Assembly (NCBI GenBank): GCA_963745075.1
Contig: CAVUWV010000008.1
Coordinates: forward strand, 497,837 to 561,836
DNA from: Candidatus Hydrogenedentota bacterium
GTDB taxonomy: Bacteria; Hydrogenedentota; Hydrogenedentia; Hydrogenedentales; SLHB01
Direction: 5' to 3'
DNA length: 64,000 bases
Below are positions 52,393 to 62,770 of this stretch, in pieces; position 1 is the stretch's first letter, and each line of letters begins with the position of its first letter. A program made the translations under genes and the position numbers. A model generated the notes under the pieces. It saw nothing but the letters and a program-made list of their open reading frames with translations, was not told the DNA's origin and ran no database searches.

Positions 52393-53193
52393 ATGAATCA
52401 CCGTTCTGTTCGTCCTTGCTCCACGATTATTCGCTTGCCGCTGGCCTCTGTGCTGACCATCATCGCTTTCACCGCATGTCAACATCGTGACCCACGAATC
52501 CAGCTACTGTACGCCATGCGGGCCAACGACTATGATCGGGCGCGTTCCCTAGCCAGTACGGGAATCGACGCCAACAAATTAAATGTCTTGTTCTCGCCGT
52601 TCGCTTATGCATGTATGTCGAATTCGTCGGCTATGTGCGCAATGCTCATCGAATTCGGCGCTGATGTGAACGAGCCTCAGTCCATTAGTGGCGAATATCC
52701 AATTCATCTCACTGCGTTGTCTGGCGATCTGCAGAAGGTCTGGCTAATCCGAAACCATGGTGCGGATGTCTTCGCGAAGGACGGAGACGGCAAAACAGCC
52801 ATGTTCAACGCCGCAACAGGCGGTGCTCCCGATGTGATTAGCGTGCTGGCAAGCTGGGGGCTTGACGTCAACGCTAAGGACAAAGATGGTAATACGCCGG
52901 TACTTTCAGTGGTGGCGACTATGGAACATCTACGCCAACGCGTGCAAGATTACAACTCGACCCAGGATGACGATTCCGATCGAATCCTTGACGCGGATGA
53001 AGAAATTCGGGAACGCTTGGATGCTATCCGGACCCTCGTCGCTTGGGGCGCGGACATCAATGCCGTGAACGACGCCGGTGACGGTGCGTTGACCTTGGCC
53101 GAAAACGCCAACGAAGCGTCGTTAACGGATATTCTGGTCGAGCTTGGGGCCGTGCGGCCTGCGACTGCGGAGAACAACCAAACTCATCCCTAA
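52393..53193 (+). CDS. Ankyrin-repeat protein, possible lipoprotein
   Basis: RBS AAGGAG; FTAC lipobox-like; repeated GADVN and D.DG.T motifs. Confidence 0.85.
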   Translation: MNHRSVRPCSTIIRLPLASVLTIIAFTACQHRDPRIQLLYAMRANDYDRARSLASTGIDANKLNVLFSPFAYACMSNSSAMCAMLIEFGADVNEPQSISGEYPIHLTALSGDLQKVWLIRNHGADVFAKDGDGKTAMFNAATGGAPDVISVLASWGLDVNAKDKDGNTPVLSVVATMEHLRQRVQDYNSTQDDDSDRILDADEEIRERLDAIRTLVAWGADINAVNDAGDGALTLAENANEASLTDILVELGAVRPATAENNQTHP

Positions 53194-53325
53194 CTTTGCG
53201 GTTGAATAGGTGGACCCGAGTAGCGCCATGTAATTGTCCCGTTCCCGTCGCAAAAACCGCAGGCAAGCTTGCTCCATGAAAGCAGCCACGCTGGAGCGTG
53301 GCCGCACTCCATAGATCACCCCGTT

Positions 53326-54391
53326 CTACACGTCCTCCCCGCAGGCGCGGAGCACGGTTCGCTGGGTCTCATAGTCGTGCGCTTTCGAGTAGCTGAATTC
53401 CACCTCGCCGCGGATGCAGGCGGCCAAGTCCGCGAGGTCGCGGGCGTGGCGGGGCAGCTCGGGCAGGTCCACGTCGTGCCAGCCGCGATCGTATTTGCCG
53501 GACGGCTGGGTAAGATACATGCGGATCTTCGGCGGCTCGACGGGTTCCAGGATAATCTTTCCCTTGGGACCGACAATCTTGAACCGGCGCGTGGGAAAGG
53601 CGTCCGGTTCCAGCGCGGCCACCTCGACGGAGGCCATGGCGCGGTCGTACTCCAGCACCGCGAGGCAGTTGTCCGCAAGCCCTTCGTCGGTCGGCGCGTC
53701 GTGCCGCAGGAACGGTGTTACCTTCTGGGGCGGTCCCATGATGACGCCAATAATGTCGATGAGATGGCACCCGAGTTCCAGCATGATGCCGCCGGGATGA
53801 AACGCCATCTTCGCGCGACGGTCCTCAGATAACCCTGTGCACATGCTGGCCTGAATGCTGTAGACGTCCCCGAGCCAACCGTCGCGCACCGCCGTCCGAA
53901 TGAAGTCGAAGCCGGGGTTGTAACGGTACATGTAGCCCATCTGCACGAGCAGATTCTTCGCCTCCGCCGCGCCGAGCAACGCTTTCCATTCGGGCAAAGA
54001 CGTGCCGGGCGGTTTGTCGATGTGAAGGTGCTTGCCGGCGTCGATGGCGGCGCGGCCATATTGCAGCAGCCGTTGCACGCCCGTCTCCACGACGACGAGC
54101 CGCACCGTGGGATCGCCGAGTAACTCGTCCTCGGTCACCCAGGACAACCCGTTGAAGTTCGGCAAGTTCCTGTTTCGCTTCGCGGATGGCAATGTCCGGT
54201 TCACATACGCCTACCAGTTCATAGTCCTCAGACTTCAGAATCTGCTCCAACACGTCGAGTGCGTGGGCATGGTCGACGCCAATCGTTCCGCAACGGATGC
54301 GTGGTTTCGTCGCTGCGCTTGCGGCGCCTGCGATTCCCAAGGCAGCGGACGAAGCTAATGAAGCCTGCAGGAATTCGCGTCGGTTTATCAT
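53326..54391 (-). CDS. Tat-exported Gfo/Idh/MocA oxidoreductase, split by +1 insertion at ~54170
   Basis: NRREFL Tat motif; frames join as ..EAKQ/NLPNFNGLSWV..; HIDKP, GYMYRY, ELGCHLID. Confidence 0.8.
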
Positions 54392-54450
54392 TGTAGAAAC
54401 TCCCCGGTTCTAATCCGCGTTCCATTGTTCATTCTCTTGCTGCGGTCACG

Positions 54451-55791
54451 TTAGACTTGGTCCGGTACCACCCACGGCTCCCGATACTCCCGTTTCACGA
54501 GCGCATTGGCTTCGTCGTCGCCGACGATCCCCTCCGTCTCCGCGTTGACCGCCAAGGTCCGGCCCACGCGATAGGCGATGTTGCCGTAGTGCGTCAGCAG
54601 CGTCGAGTAATGCCCTTCTTCGATATCCGCGTTCGGCCGTTCCCGCGTGCGCATGCATTCGATAAAATTCGCGATGTGCTGTTCGTTCGCAGGTGCGAAA
54701 CGGCCCGGCTGAATCTTGACCGTGTCGCCGTCCCCATTGAAGACTTGCCAGCCCCCGCCCATGCGGCCCAGGAACATGAAGTCTTTCGTCCCGTAGATCT
54801 CCACGCGGGTCCCGCTGAACGGCCAGTTCGGGAGTTGGTCGGTATCGCGCAGTTCAAACGGCGTCTTCCGCATGTACGGCGTCCAGAGGGTCTGCTCAAG
54901 TACCATGGTCAATCCGTCGAACTGCCAGTTCACGCATTGCGTATCCGGCGCGTCACGGCCGTCATTGAACACGTGCAACCCGCCCGTCGAACTGACCGTC
55001 TTCGGTAGCGTACGGCCCGTCATCCATCTCGCGAGGTCGGTCTGGTGAACCCCGTCGTTGCACACGTCGCCGCCGCCGTACTCCCAGAACCAATGCCAAT
55101 GGTAGTGAAACCGATTCTCGTTGTACGGGCGTTTCGGCGCGGGACCCAGCCACATATCGTAGTCGACGCCTTCCGGCGCGGGTTCGTCGGTATGCGGCTC
55201 GAGGGGATCGCGGAGTTTGCTGTTCATGACACGAACGAAATGGATGTCGCCCAAGGCACCGGATCGCACGTACTCAAACGCCATGCGGCAATACTCGGCG
55301 CTCCGATTTTGCGTCCCCACCTGCACGACGCGTTCGTATTTCCGCGCGGCGTCCACCATCTTCCGGCTTTCCCAGACGCTGTGGGACGTCGGTTTCTCAA
55401 CGTAGACGTCTTTGCCCGCCTGGCAGGCCATGACCGTCGCAAGCGCATGCCAGTGGTCCGGCGCAGCAATGGCGATGGCGTCGATTTCGGGGTCGTCGAG
55501 AATGCGGCGAAAATCCTGCACGCAGCGGGGGCGTTGGCCGTTGATATTCTCGACAAACTTCACCCGGCTCGGGAACAGGCGGCTGTCCGGGTCGGCGAAA
55601 TAGCGAAGCTCCACGTCGTCGCGTTTGGCGAATTGTTCGGCAAGGTCCATCCCACGGTCGTTGATGCCCATCACGCCGACCACGATGCGGTCATTCGCCC
55701 CGGCGGCCTTCGCCGAAACCCCGGCGGCCATTGTCGCGGATGCAATGGCCGTCCGCTCCATGAAAGTGCGTCGCGTCATCATTCCGTACAT
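54451..55791 (-). CDS. Tat-exported Gfo/Idh/MocA oxidoreductase
   Basis: TRRTFM, PDHWH, VYVEKP, GTQNRS, DMWLGPAP. Confidence 0.92.
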   Translation of the reverse strand: MYGMMTRRTFMERTAIASATMAAGVSAKAAGANDRIVVGVMGINDRGMDLAEQFAKRDDVELRYFADPDSRLFPSRVKFVENINGQRPRCVQDFRRILDDPEIDAIAIAAPDHWHALATVMACQAGKDVYVEKPTSHSVWESRKMVDAARKYERVVQVGTQNRSAEYCRMAFEYVRSGALGDIHFVRVMNSKLRDPLEPHTDEPAPEGVDYDMWLGPAPKRPYNENRFHYHWHWFWEYGGGDVCNDGVHQTDLARWMTGRTLPKTVSSTGGLHVFNDGRDAPDTQCVNWQFDGLTMVLEQTLWTPYMRKTPFELRDTDQLPNWPFSGTRVEIYGTKDFMFLGRMGGGWQVFNGDGDTVKIQPGRFAPANEQHIANFIECMRTRERPNADIEEGHYSTLLTHYGNIAYRVGRTLAVNAETEGIVGDDEANALVKREYREPWVVPDQV

Positions 55792-56116
55792 CCCCCCTGA
55801 TTACCGATGGCACAAATAGAATCGCACAGGCTCCCCTCGAAATTCACGAATCCACCTTGCTTCCGCACGAATCGATGTATTACACGTGGTAGGCCGCGGC
55901 CGTTGATCGCAAGTCGGTCAAATGATATTCAGGTTTGAACGAATTCGTGCCGTCAACTGCGCCATGGTCAATTCGCAAGTTACCGCTGCCGCCCCGTAAG
56001 CTGATATCCGGGATGCCGTTGCAGAGATGAACCCGGTGCGGTGTGATTCTTGCTACTAAATCTGCTGTGATCCAATCTTCCGAGGGGTAATTACTGTGCG
56101 ATGGGAGAAGGGTAAC

Positions 56117-56764
56117 ATGCCACGTTCGTTCCGTAACTCTGCGCTGTTGGTCGGTATGGTGGCCATCGTCATGGGGGCCGGTATTGCCCAGGCGAGCATT
56201 GTCTACAATAACGGCGACTCGCTGCATTCCAGTGGGGGATACTCCAACTCCGGGTTCGGTCAGTGGTTGGCCGACGATTTCGTGTTGGACCAGGAGACGA
56301 ACACCATTACCGACATCCATTGGTGGGGCGGATATTACCCCGGCGGGACGGCCAGCGACGATTTCACTGTCTACATCTTCGACAGTTTGAATAGTGGCCC
56401 GCTCTACACCATCGACGGGTCCGCGACCGGCCGCGCCGATTCGGGTTCGGATTTTTCGGCGTTCAGCGTGGACGAATACGAGTACTGGCTCTACATCGAC
56501 CCATTGACGTTGGACGCGGGCACCACGTACTGGATTTCCATCGAGAACACCAGCTCGGCTTGGCTCTGGTCATTTTCCGCGGTAGGTAGTGGGAACCTGT
56601 ATGCCTCCAATGACGGGCTGGACGGTCCGTGGGCACTTCCCGACACAAATGTCGGCGCAGCGTTCTATTTGACCAACGACGCCGTCGTGCCGGAGCCCGC
56701 TTCCCTCATACTCCTTGGGGTTGGCCTCGGCGCATTGGGGTTGCGCAGGGCGCGGGTTCGTTAA
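56117..56764 (+). CDS. PEP-CTERM sorting-signal protein
   Basis: Signal peptide; C-terminal VPEPASLILLGVGLGALGLRR. Confidence 0.9.
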   Translation: MPRSFRNSALLVGMVAIVMGAGIAQASIVYNNGDSLHSSGGYSNSGFGQWLADDFVLDQETNTITDIHWWGGYYPGGTASDDFTVYIFDSLNSGPLYTIDGSATGRADSGSDFSAFSVDEYEYWLYIDPLTLDAGTTYWISIENTSSAWLWSFSAVGSGNLYASNDGLDGPWALPDTNVGAAFYLTNDAVVPEPASLILLGVGLGALGLRRARVR

Positions 56765-56871
56765 GCGCTCTTCCCATCCAGCAACGATCGCTTTCCACGC
56801 GGTCGCTAGTTGTGCGTTTCCATTGAATTTGTGCACCACCGAATGCGAGCGCCCCTTACAATGGACCAACC

Positions 56872-56981
56872 ACGTAGACGCGGCTTCCACCCGCGTTGGT
56901 TCTTCAGATCCGGTCGGTTCCTCAGACTTGGTAGCGCCGTCTAGAGCAGAGAATTAACGCGACTGGAAGCCGCGTCCACGT
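56872..56981. repeat. REP-like inverted repeat pair
   Basis: ACGTAGACGCGGCTTCCACCCGCGTT (56872-56897) versus AACGCGACTGGAAGCCGCGTCCACGT (56956-56981). Confidence 0.8.
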
Positions 56982-57053
56982 TGGCCGCCGTGATTCAGAA
57001 CCCCACCCTAATATCCACTTGAATAGGACCACTAGGTAATGGCCGTGTGATCC

Positions 57054-58931
57054 TTATCCCGCCAGCGCCGACGTGCGTTTCTCCACGCGGCGGCGTTCTT
57101 CGGCGTCGAGGACGGCTTTGCGGACGCGGACAGTATGGGGTGTGACTTCGACCAGTTCGTCCCGGGCGATCCACTCGAGTGCCGCGTCGAGTGTGAGGAT
57201 GCGCGGCACGTCCAATGCGGTCGTGTGATCCTTACCCGCCGCGCGATGGTTCGTGAGCGCCTTGGTCTTGGTCGGGTTGCAGGGCAGGTCGCCGGGCCGC
57301 GAATTCTCGCCGATGATCATCCCGGTATACACGGAGTCCATCGGTCTCACGAAAAGCGTCCCGCGCTGTTGCAGGTTGTCGAGGCTGTAGGTGGTGGCGT
57401 CGCCGGTGTCCATGCTGACCATGGAACCGCGCTGCCGTGCGATCACGTCCCCGCACCACGGCCCGTACCCGACAAAGCGCGACGCCATGATGCCGAGGCC
57501 GCGCGTATCGGTCAGGAAATCGGTGCGGTAGCCAATGAGGCCGCGCGTCGGAATCCGGAACTCGAGCCGGATCATACCCGTGCCCGCGTTGTGCATGGTG
57601 GTCAACTCGCCTTTGCGCCTGGAGACCTTCTCGATGACAACGCCCTGGTAGTCGCCGGGCACGTCGATGACCAGCTCTTCCATGGGTTCCAACAACGCGC
57701 CATGAGAATCCCGGTGCGTGATGATCTCCGGGGCCGACACACAAAGTTCCATGCCCTCGCGGCGCATTTCTTCGATGAGGATGGCGAGGTGCAATTCCCC
57801 GCGGCCACTGACCTTGACGCCGTCCGAACGCCCGAGGTCTTCGACGCGCAACGCGACGTTGACCCGCAACTCCCGGTTCAGCCGATCCTTGATCTGGCGC
57901 AAGGTTACCGCACGACCGTCCTTGCCGGATAGGGGGCCGTTGTTCACGAGGAACAACATCGACACCGTCGGCTCTTCGATTTCGAGCGGCGGCAGCGCGG
58001 GGTCTTCGATTTCTTCGGCCGAGAACGTGTCGCCGATGTGGATTTCCTTGGGTCCGGCAATCCAGACGATGTCGCCCGCGGTAATGGTGTCCACCTCCAC
58101 CGTCTCCAGGCCGTGCGTCACCCAGAGATAGACGGCGCGCTCATCTTGCGCATCGACCACTTCCCATCCCTCGGATTGGCAATAATCCTTCCAGCGGGTC
58201 GTCGTGCGCACGAAACCGGCGCCCCTCTTGAGGGTGCCCTGCAGGACACGTCCGCAGCCCACGCGGCCGATATGGTCGCGCCAGGCGATGGTGCTGACCT
58301 GCATGCGGAACGGCGCATCCGGATCCACCTCCGGCGGCGGAACTTTCTTAATGATCGTTTCGAACAGCGGGTCCATGCCGGTCCGCTCGTCCTTGTCCAG
58401 GTCGTGGACGAACCACCCGTGGAGGCCGGAACCGTAGAGGACGGGGAAATCCGCCTGGGCGTCGTTGGCCCCGAGTTCGAGGAAAAGATCGAAGGTCTTG
58501 TCCAACGCGCTGGCCGGATTGGCGTTGGGCCGGTCGGCCTTGTTCACGATGACGATGGGGCGCAGGCCCAGTTTGAGCGCGCGCATGAGCACATACCGGG
58601 TCTGCGGCATGGGGCCCTCGTTCGCGTCGACCAACAGCAACACCGAATCTACCATGGACAGGACCCGCTCGACCTCGCCCGAGAAATCCGCGTGGCCGGG
58701 CGTGTCGATGATGTTGATGCGATAGTCGTGCCACTCGACCGTGCAGTGCTTGGCGCGGATGGTGATGCCTCGTTCCCGCTCTATCACGTTGTTGTCCATG
58801 ACCCGCTCCTCGATGCGGGCGTTGTCCCGGAACGTGTGCGCGGCACGAAAAATCGAGTCGATCAGGGTCGTTTTGCCATGGTCGATGTGGGCCACAATGG
58901 CCAGATTGCGAATCTTGTCCGACGGGGTCAT
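57054..58931 (-). CDS. typA: Translational GTPase TypA/BipA
   Basis: [40 protein letters not shown]. Confidence 0.95.
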   Translation of the reverse strand: MTPSDKIRNLAIVAHIDHGKTTLIDSIFRAAHTFRDNARIEERVMDNNVIERERGITIRAKHCTVEWHDYRINIIDTPGHADFSGEVERVLSMVDSVLLLVDANEGPMPQTRYVLMRALKLGLRPIVIVNKADRPNANPASALDKTFDLFLELGANDAQADFPVLYGSGLHGWFVHDLDKDERTGMDPLFETIIKKVPPPEVDPDAPFRMQVSTIAWRDHIGRVGCGRVLQGTLKRGAGFVRTTTRWKDYCQSEGWEVVDAQDERAVYLWVTHGLETVEVDTITAGDIVWIAGPKEIHIGDTFSAEEIEDPALPPLEIEEPTVSMLFLVNNGPLSGKDGRAVTLRQIKDRLNRELRVNVALRVEDLGRSDGVKVSGRGELHLAILIEEMRREGMELCVSAPEIITHRDSHGALLEPMEELVIDVPGDYQGVVIEKVSRRKGELTTMHNAGTGMIRLEFRIPTRGLIGYRTDFLTDTRGLGIMASRFVGYGPWCGDVIARQRGSMVSMDTGDATTYSLDNLQQRGTLFVRPMDSVYTGMIIGENSRPGDLPCNPTKTKALTNHRAAGKDHTTALDVPRILTLDAALEWIARDELVEVTPHTVRVRKAVLDAEERRRVEKRTSALAG

Positions 58932-59076
58932 GGAGTACCAGGAGCCTCTCTGCGTGAAATTGCGCGTTTGGACCAAAAACCGATGTGGTCCCCAAAAGGA
59001 CAGGAGTTTACACGATCTGGGTTAGATTCTCAATAGGAATTTTGACGGGGCGGGCGGGAAAGACCGCGTCGGCACT

Positions 59077-59182
59077 ATAGACTGGATGGACGATATGGAC
59101 AAATGGACAGAAGACCTTGGGAAAGCCGGCACTTCCCCCAGTCTTATCTGTCCATGCCGTCCATAAAGTCCATATCGTCCAT
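59077..59182. repeat. Inverted element built of ~9-nt periodic ATGGAC units
   Basis: ATGGAC at 59086, 59095, 59103; GTCCAT at 59150, 59159, 59168, 59177; inner AAGAC/GTCTT and GGGAA/TTCCC pairing. Confidence 0.8.
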
Positions 59183-59189
59183 CAATCTT

Positions 59190-60502
59190 CTAAAACACCC
59201 ACGGCTCCCGATACGGCCGCGTCACATACTGGTTCGCTTCCGGCAGCGTTAGTCACCTTCATGTTCAGCGCATCCCATTCGATCGGCTGGCCTGCGCGGA
59301 GGGCGACGTTGCCCAGTTGCACGAGTTCGGTGAAGGGTCCGGCGTAGTTGAAGTTGGACAACGACGGCTTGCCGCCCTTGCACGCCTCAATCCACGTGCG
59401 GTGATGGCTGACACCTTCGGGCCGGTCCGGATGGACGGCCTCGTATTCCTTCTGCTTCTCCTCCGGCAACAGGCGTGGGTTGCCGCCGTAGGTGCCGATG
59501 GTCAATATCGCCTTGTCTCCGATGAGCAGCGAACCGCCGTCGCTGTCGCCGAGTTTCGTGTTCGGGTCGATGCCCTCCGGCATGGCCGGCATCTTGCCGC
59601 CATCGTGCCAGCGTCAGTTTCACCGGCGGCATGTCGCCGCGCGCAGGGAAGTCGAAGGTGATGATGGACCACTTGGGTCCGGTTTCGTTGTTGACGCCGG
59701 AGGATTCCGCGCTGACGCGCGTGGGCATGCCGAGGTTCAACGCAGTGTATGGCGGATCGAGGATGTGGCAGCCCATGTCGCCGAGCGCGCAGCTTCCAAA
59801 ATCCCACCAGCCGCGCCACACGTGCGGACAGTACGCGCGGTTGTACGGCCGTTCCGGCGCGGACCCGAGCCAGAGGTCCCAATCCAATCCTTCCGGCACG
59901 GGGGGCGTATCCGTGGGCCGTTCGATGCCCTGGGGCCACGTGGGGCGGTTGGTCCAGCAATGGACCTCGCGCACTTGCCCGAGCCAGCCCTCTTCGATCA
60001 TGGACTTTAGTTGCCAGACGCCGTAGAACGAGTGGCCCTGGTTGCCCATCTGCGTGGCGACGTTGGCGTCCTTCGCCAGTTGCGTCAGCTTGCGTGCTTC
60101 CGGGATGTAATGGCACATGGGTTTCTCGACGTAGACATGAATGCCCCGCTCGATGGCGGCCTTCGCGGCAAAGTAGTGGGTGTGATCCGGCGTGGCGATG
60201 ACGGCGGCCTCGATGTCCTTCCGCTCGTCGAACATGATGCGGAAATCGGTGTACTTCGGCACGTCCGGAAAGGCGTTGTACACCTTCGCCGAATAGTTCG
60301 GGTCCACGTCGCAGATGGCGACGATGTTCTCCTGGGCCACCGCGCGCAGGTCTGCGCCGCCCTGACCCCCGACGCCGATGGCGGCGATGTTCAGTTTTGC
60401 GTTCGGCGATACGGATTTCATCCCGCCGCTCGTCGCGCACCCCGCGGCCAAGGCCGCCGCACCCATTAAAAACGTCCGCCGTGTGAACTGTCTGCGCTGC
60501 AT
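59190..60502 (-). CDS. Tat-exported Gfo/Idh/MocA oxidoreductase with two +1 insertions (59611, ~59247)
   Basis: TRRTFL, PDHTH, VYVEKP, TQMGNQGH; repaired reading gives KLTWHDGGK and NLPEANQYVTRPYREPWVF*. Confidence 0.8.
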
Positions 60503-60664
60503 CGTGGGACCCTCCGTAACCGTGTAAAGACTTATCGTCCCGCAGAATACGCGAAGGAGGGTGAGATTTGCCACTGCGCGGAAGTTGCGTCGGACATGAA
60601 GCTGCGGCCGTCGCGCTTGTTGCGGTTCTCAGGCGATCGCGATAGAGTAGTTAAAGGAATACGT

Positions 60665-60901
60665 ATGTCAAAACCCATCACCAGAGAAGAGGCCGCTCAA
60701 TACCGCGAATCGTGGCAGCGGGTTGCAGCGCGCGAACGCCAGGAACTGCGCGCCATGACCATGGACGAGCGATTCCGGCGTACCGCCGCCTTGTTTGCGT
60801 CCGCGAGAACGATGGGGTGGGTTGATGAAGGCCGTGCTGCGGACGTGGCGTTCACCAGAGAGCGTTGGCGCCGGCTACGAGAAGCGCTCGGTGGAAAGTA
60901 A
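60665..60901 (+). CDS. Small helical protein (78 aa) overlapping a nucleotidyltransferase
   Basis: RBS AAAGGA; YRESWQRV..ERQELRAMT..RERWRRLR. Confidence 0.7.
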   Translation: MSKPITREEAAQYRESWQRVAARERQELRAMTMDERFRRTAALFASARTMGWVDEGRAADVAFTRERWRRLREALGGK

Positions 60902-61499
60902 CGATTATTTGGCGCCGCTAATCGGCGGTCTGTCCGCGCTATCAGACTGGATGCAAGCGTCAAATACGTCGTACGTGTTGGTGGGTGGCGTGGCGGCATC
61001 GTTTTATGGGCGCCCGAGACTGACACAGGATCTCGATGCGCTTGTCCGGATCGACGAAGGGTCGCTTGATTCCTTCGTGTCCAGCGGAAACGAATGGGGA
61101 TACCGGCCGCGAATCTCCGATTGTGTTGCATTCGCCCGGCAATCGAAAGTTCTCTTACTCCATCATCAGCCCACTACTGTGGACGCCGACCTGATTTGTG
61201 CCCGCCTCGAATACGAAAATGACGTGATCGATCGTGCGTCGACTGCGACTATCGCGGGGGTTACGGTCCAACTACCCACGCCGGAGGATCTGATCGTCAT
61301 GAAAGGCGTCGCGCTTCGGCCTCGAGACATGGGCGATATCGAGGGTATTCTCGATAGCCGCGAACAACTCGATTGGGACTACATCATGGCACGCGTGAGG
61401 GAATTCGCGGAGGCCCTTGACTCCTCCGAAATCGTACGGACCATCGAACGACTCCACCGTCGGCACCGCGGCGAGACCGAAGAAAACGGTCCGTTCTAA
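60891..61499 (+). CDS. Nucleotidyltransferase (DUF6036/AbiEii-like)
   Basis: YVLVGGVAASFYGRPRLTQDLD, TPEDLIVMK..A.RPRD..DI. Confidence 0.8.
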   Translation: MESNDYLAPLIGGLSALSDWMQASNTSYVLVGGVAASFYGRPRLTQDLDALVRIDEGSLDSFVSSGNEWGYRPRISDCVAFARQSKVLLLHHQPTTVDADLICARLEYENDVIDRASTATIAGVTVQLPTPEDLIVMKGVALRPRDMGDIEGILDSREQLDWDYIMARVREFAEALDSSEIVRTIERLHRRHRGETEENGPF

Positions 61500-61518
61500 T
61501 CTCAACGCGCGACGCTCG

Positions 61519-61716
61519 TCACGAAGACCGCAATGCCCGGTTCAATGCTTCCCAGCGCCTTCGCCGATCTTCCCATTCCTCCGACGGAATGGCATCCATC
61601 GTGCGCCGCAACCGCGCCAGGGCCTGCCGGATCCCGGGACTGAGGGGCGGCCTCCGCCGACGGGGCGGGGGCGGTGTAAATGGTTCCAGATCGAAGAGAT
61701 ACGACACAGTAGCCAT
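61519..61716 (-). CDS. Small Arg/Pro-rich orphan protein (65 aa)
   Basis: RBS GAAAGGAG 6 nt before ATG; consensus promoter upstream. Confidence 0.7.
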   Translation of the reverse strand: MATVSYLFDLEPFTPPPPRRRRPPLSPGIRQALARLRRTMDAIPSEEWEDRRRRWEALNRALRSS

Positions 61717-61740
61717 AGCAGCTCCTTTCCAGATAGATAG

Positions 61741-61786
61741 CTGAATTTATATTCAGTATTTTAGACCGGACAGATGGTTTTGTCAA
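61741..61786 (-). promoter_or_regulatory. Sigma70 promoter with CTG-N10-CAG palindromic operator
   Basis: TTGACA (61786-61781)-17 nt-TAAAAT (61763-61758); CTGAATTTATATTCAG at 61741-61756. Confidence 0.75.
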
Positions 61787-61850
61787 GTGATATCTCTCCA
61801 GCGAACAGGCTCCCGTAAGTCGTTTTGTATCAGAACAGCGGCTCAACAGA

Positions 61851-61976
61851 GTCGAAAATCTGGATCGAAATCGGGATCGAGGTCGAAGTGGAATGCGCGA
61901 AGTGCTTTCGAACTCGACTTCGATCTAGCTCCCGATCTCGATAGTGAGTGCACGGGGCACGGGCGTCTCGCCCGTG
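61851..61976. repeat. Hexamer-periodic TCG(A) repeat plus REP-like hairpin
   Basis: GATCGAAATCGGGATCGAGGTCGA..TTCGAACTCGACTTCGATC..CCCGATCTCGAT; hairpin CACGGGCG-TCT-CGCCCGTG. Confidence 0.6.
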
Positions 61977-62167
61977 GTTTCTGAATTCGGTTGGTGTTGG
62001 TGTCCATCACCCCGGCGCGAAACGTCCCTGCTCCTGCCGGCCTACGTAATGCACGCGCGATTGCTTCCCCTGTGTTCCCCGTGCCCCCCCGTGGTTCTGA
62101 TTCTTGTTCCAAACAGCGACGACCCTCCACGCCCCGACAACACGGCTCTACGAGAAGCTGAAGCAGA

Positions 62168-62230
62168 GTGTTACCCATGTCCTGACACTCAAGTCTTGCC
62201 CATGTCCTGACCGCGCACCTATGTCTTGAC
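62168..62230 (+). mobile_element. IS481-family-like terminal remnant
   Basis: TGTTACCCATGTCCTGAC, then CCCATGTCCTGAC (62199) and CCTATGTCTTGAC (62218); no transposase nearby. Confidence 0.5.
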
Positions 62231-62770
62231 CCCACCACCGCCCCACTCCCGACTCCAGCCTCTCTCCTGTCCGTGTTTGTCCGTGCAGGTCCGTGTTCTT
62301 CCCTCCAGCCCGATCCCCACTGCAACGCCCCGGCCTATATCAATAAGGAAGGCTCCACCGATGACAAGCCACACCCAACATGCCGCTCATCTTCGCGACC
62401 ACAGGGACCGCGATCCGAAGGGTACCCCCCCTTGAATCGTCAAAAAAGATATGGGTGCACCCCCCCAACCAAGCAGCCCTCGGCCTACAGCCCGGTTCCG
62501 GTGCAACTTCTTGGCGTCCAAAACGATAAGGAGAATTCCACCCATGACAAACGACACCCGCCACACCTCGCACCCCCCCTTGTTCCGTCAAAAAGGAGGG
62601 GGGTGCACTCTCCTGCACAGCGTTTTGTGGCGGACGTATCGATCCCCAGAAATAGGAATTGAATCAAACGCGTTTGGCTTCGCGAGACGTCAGATTCTAT
62701 AGTGAGCGACGCATCATGAAGTTCGATTCGCTTCCGCGCAACGTCGTGCAGCCGAGAAAGGGTATACACG

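Noticed and set aside
62168..62620. Possible CRISPR array
   Set aside because: Repeats are too short or too degenerate, only 2-3 copies with irregular spacing, and no cas genes are present.
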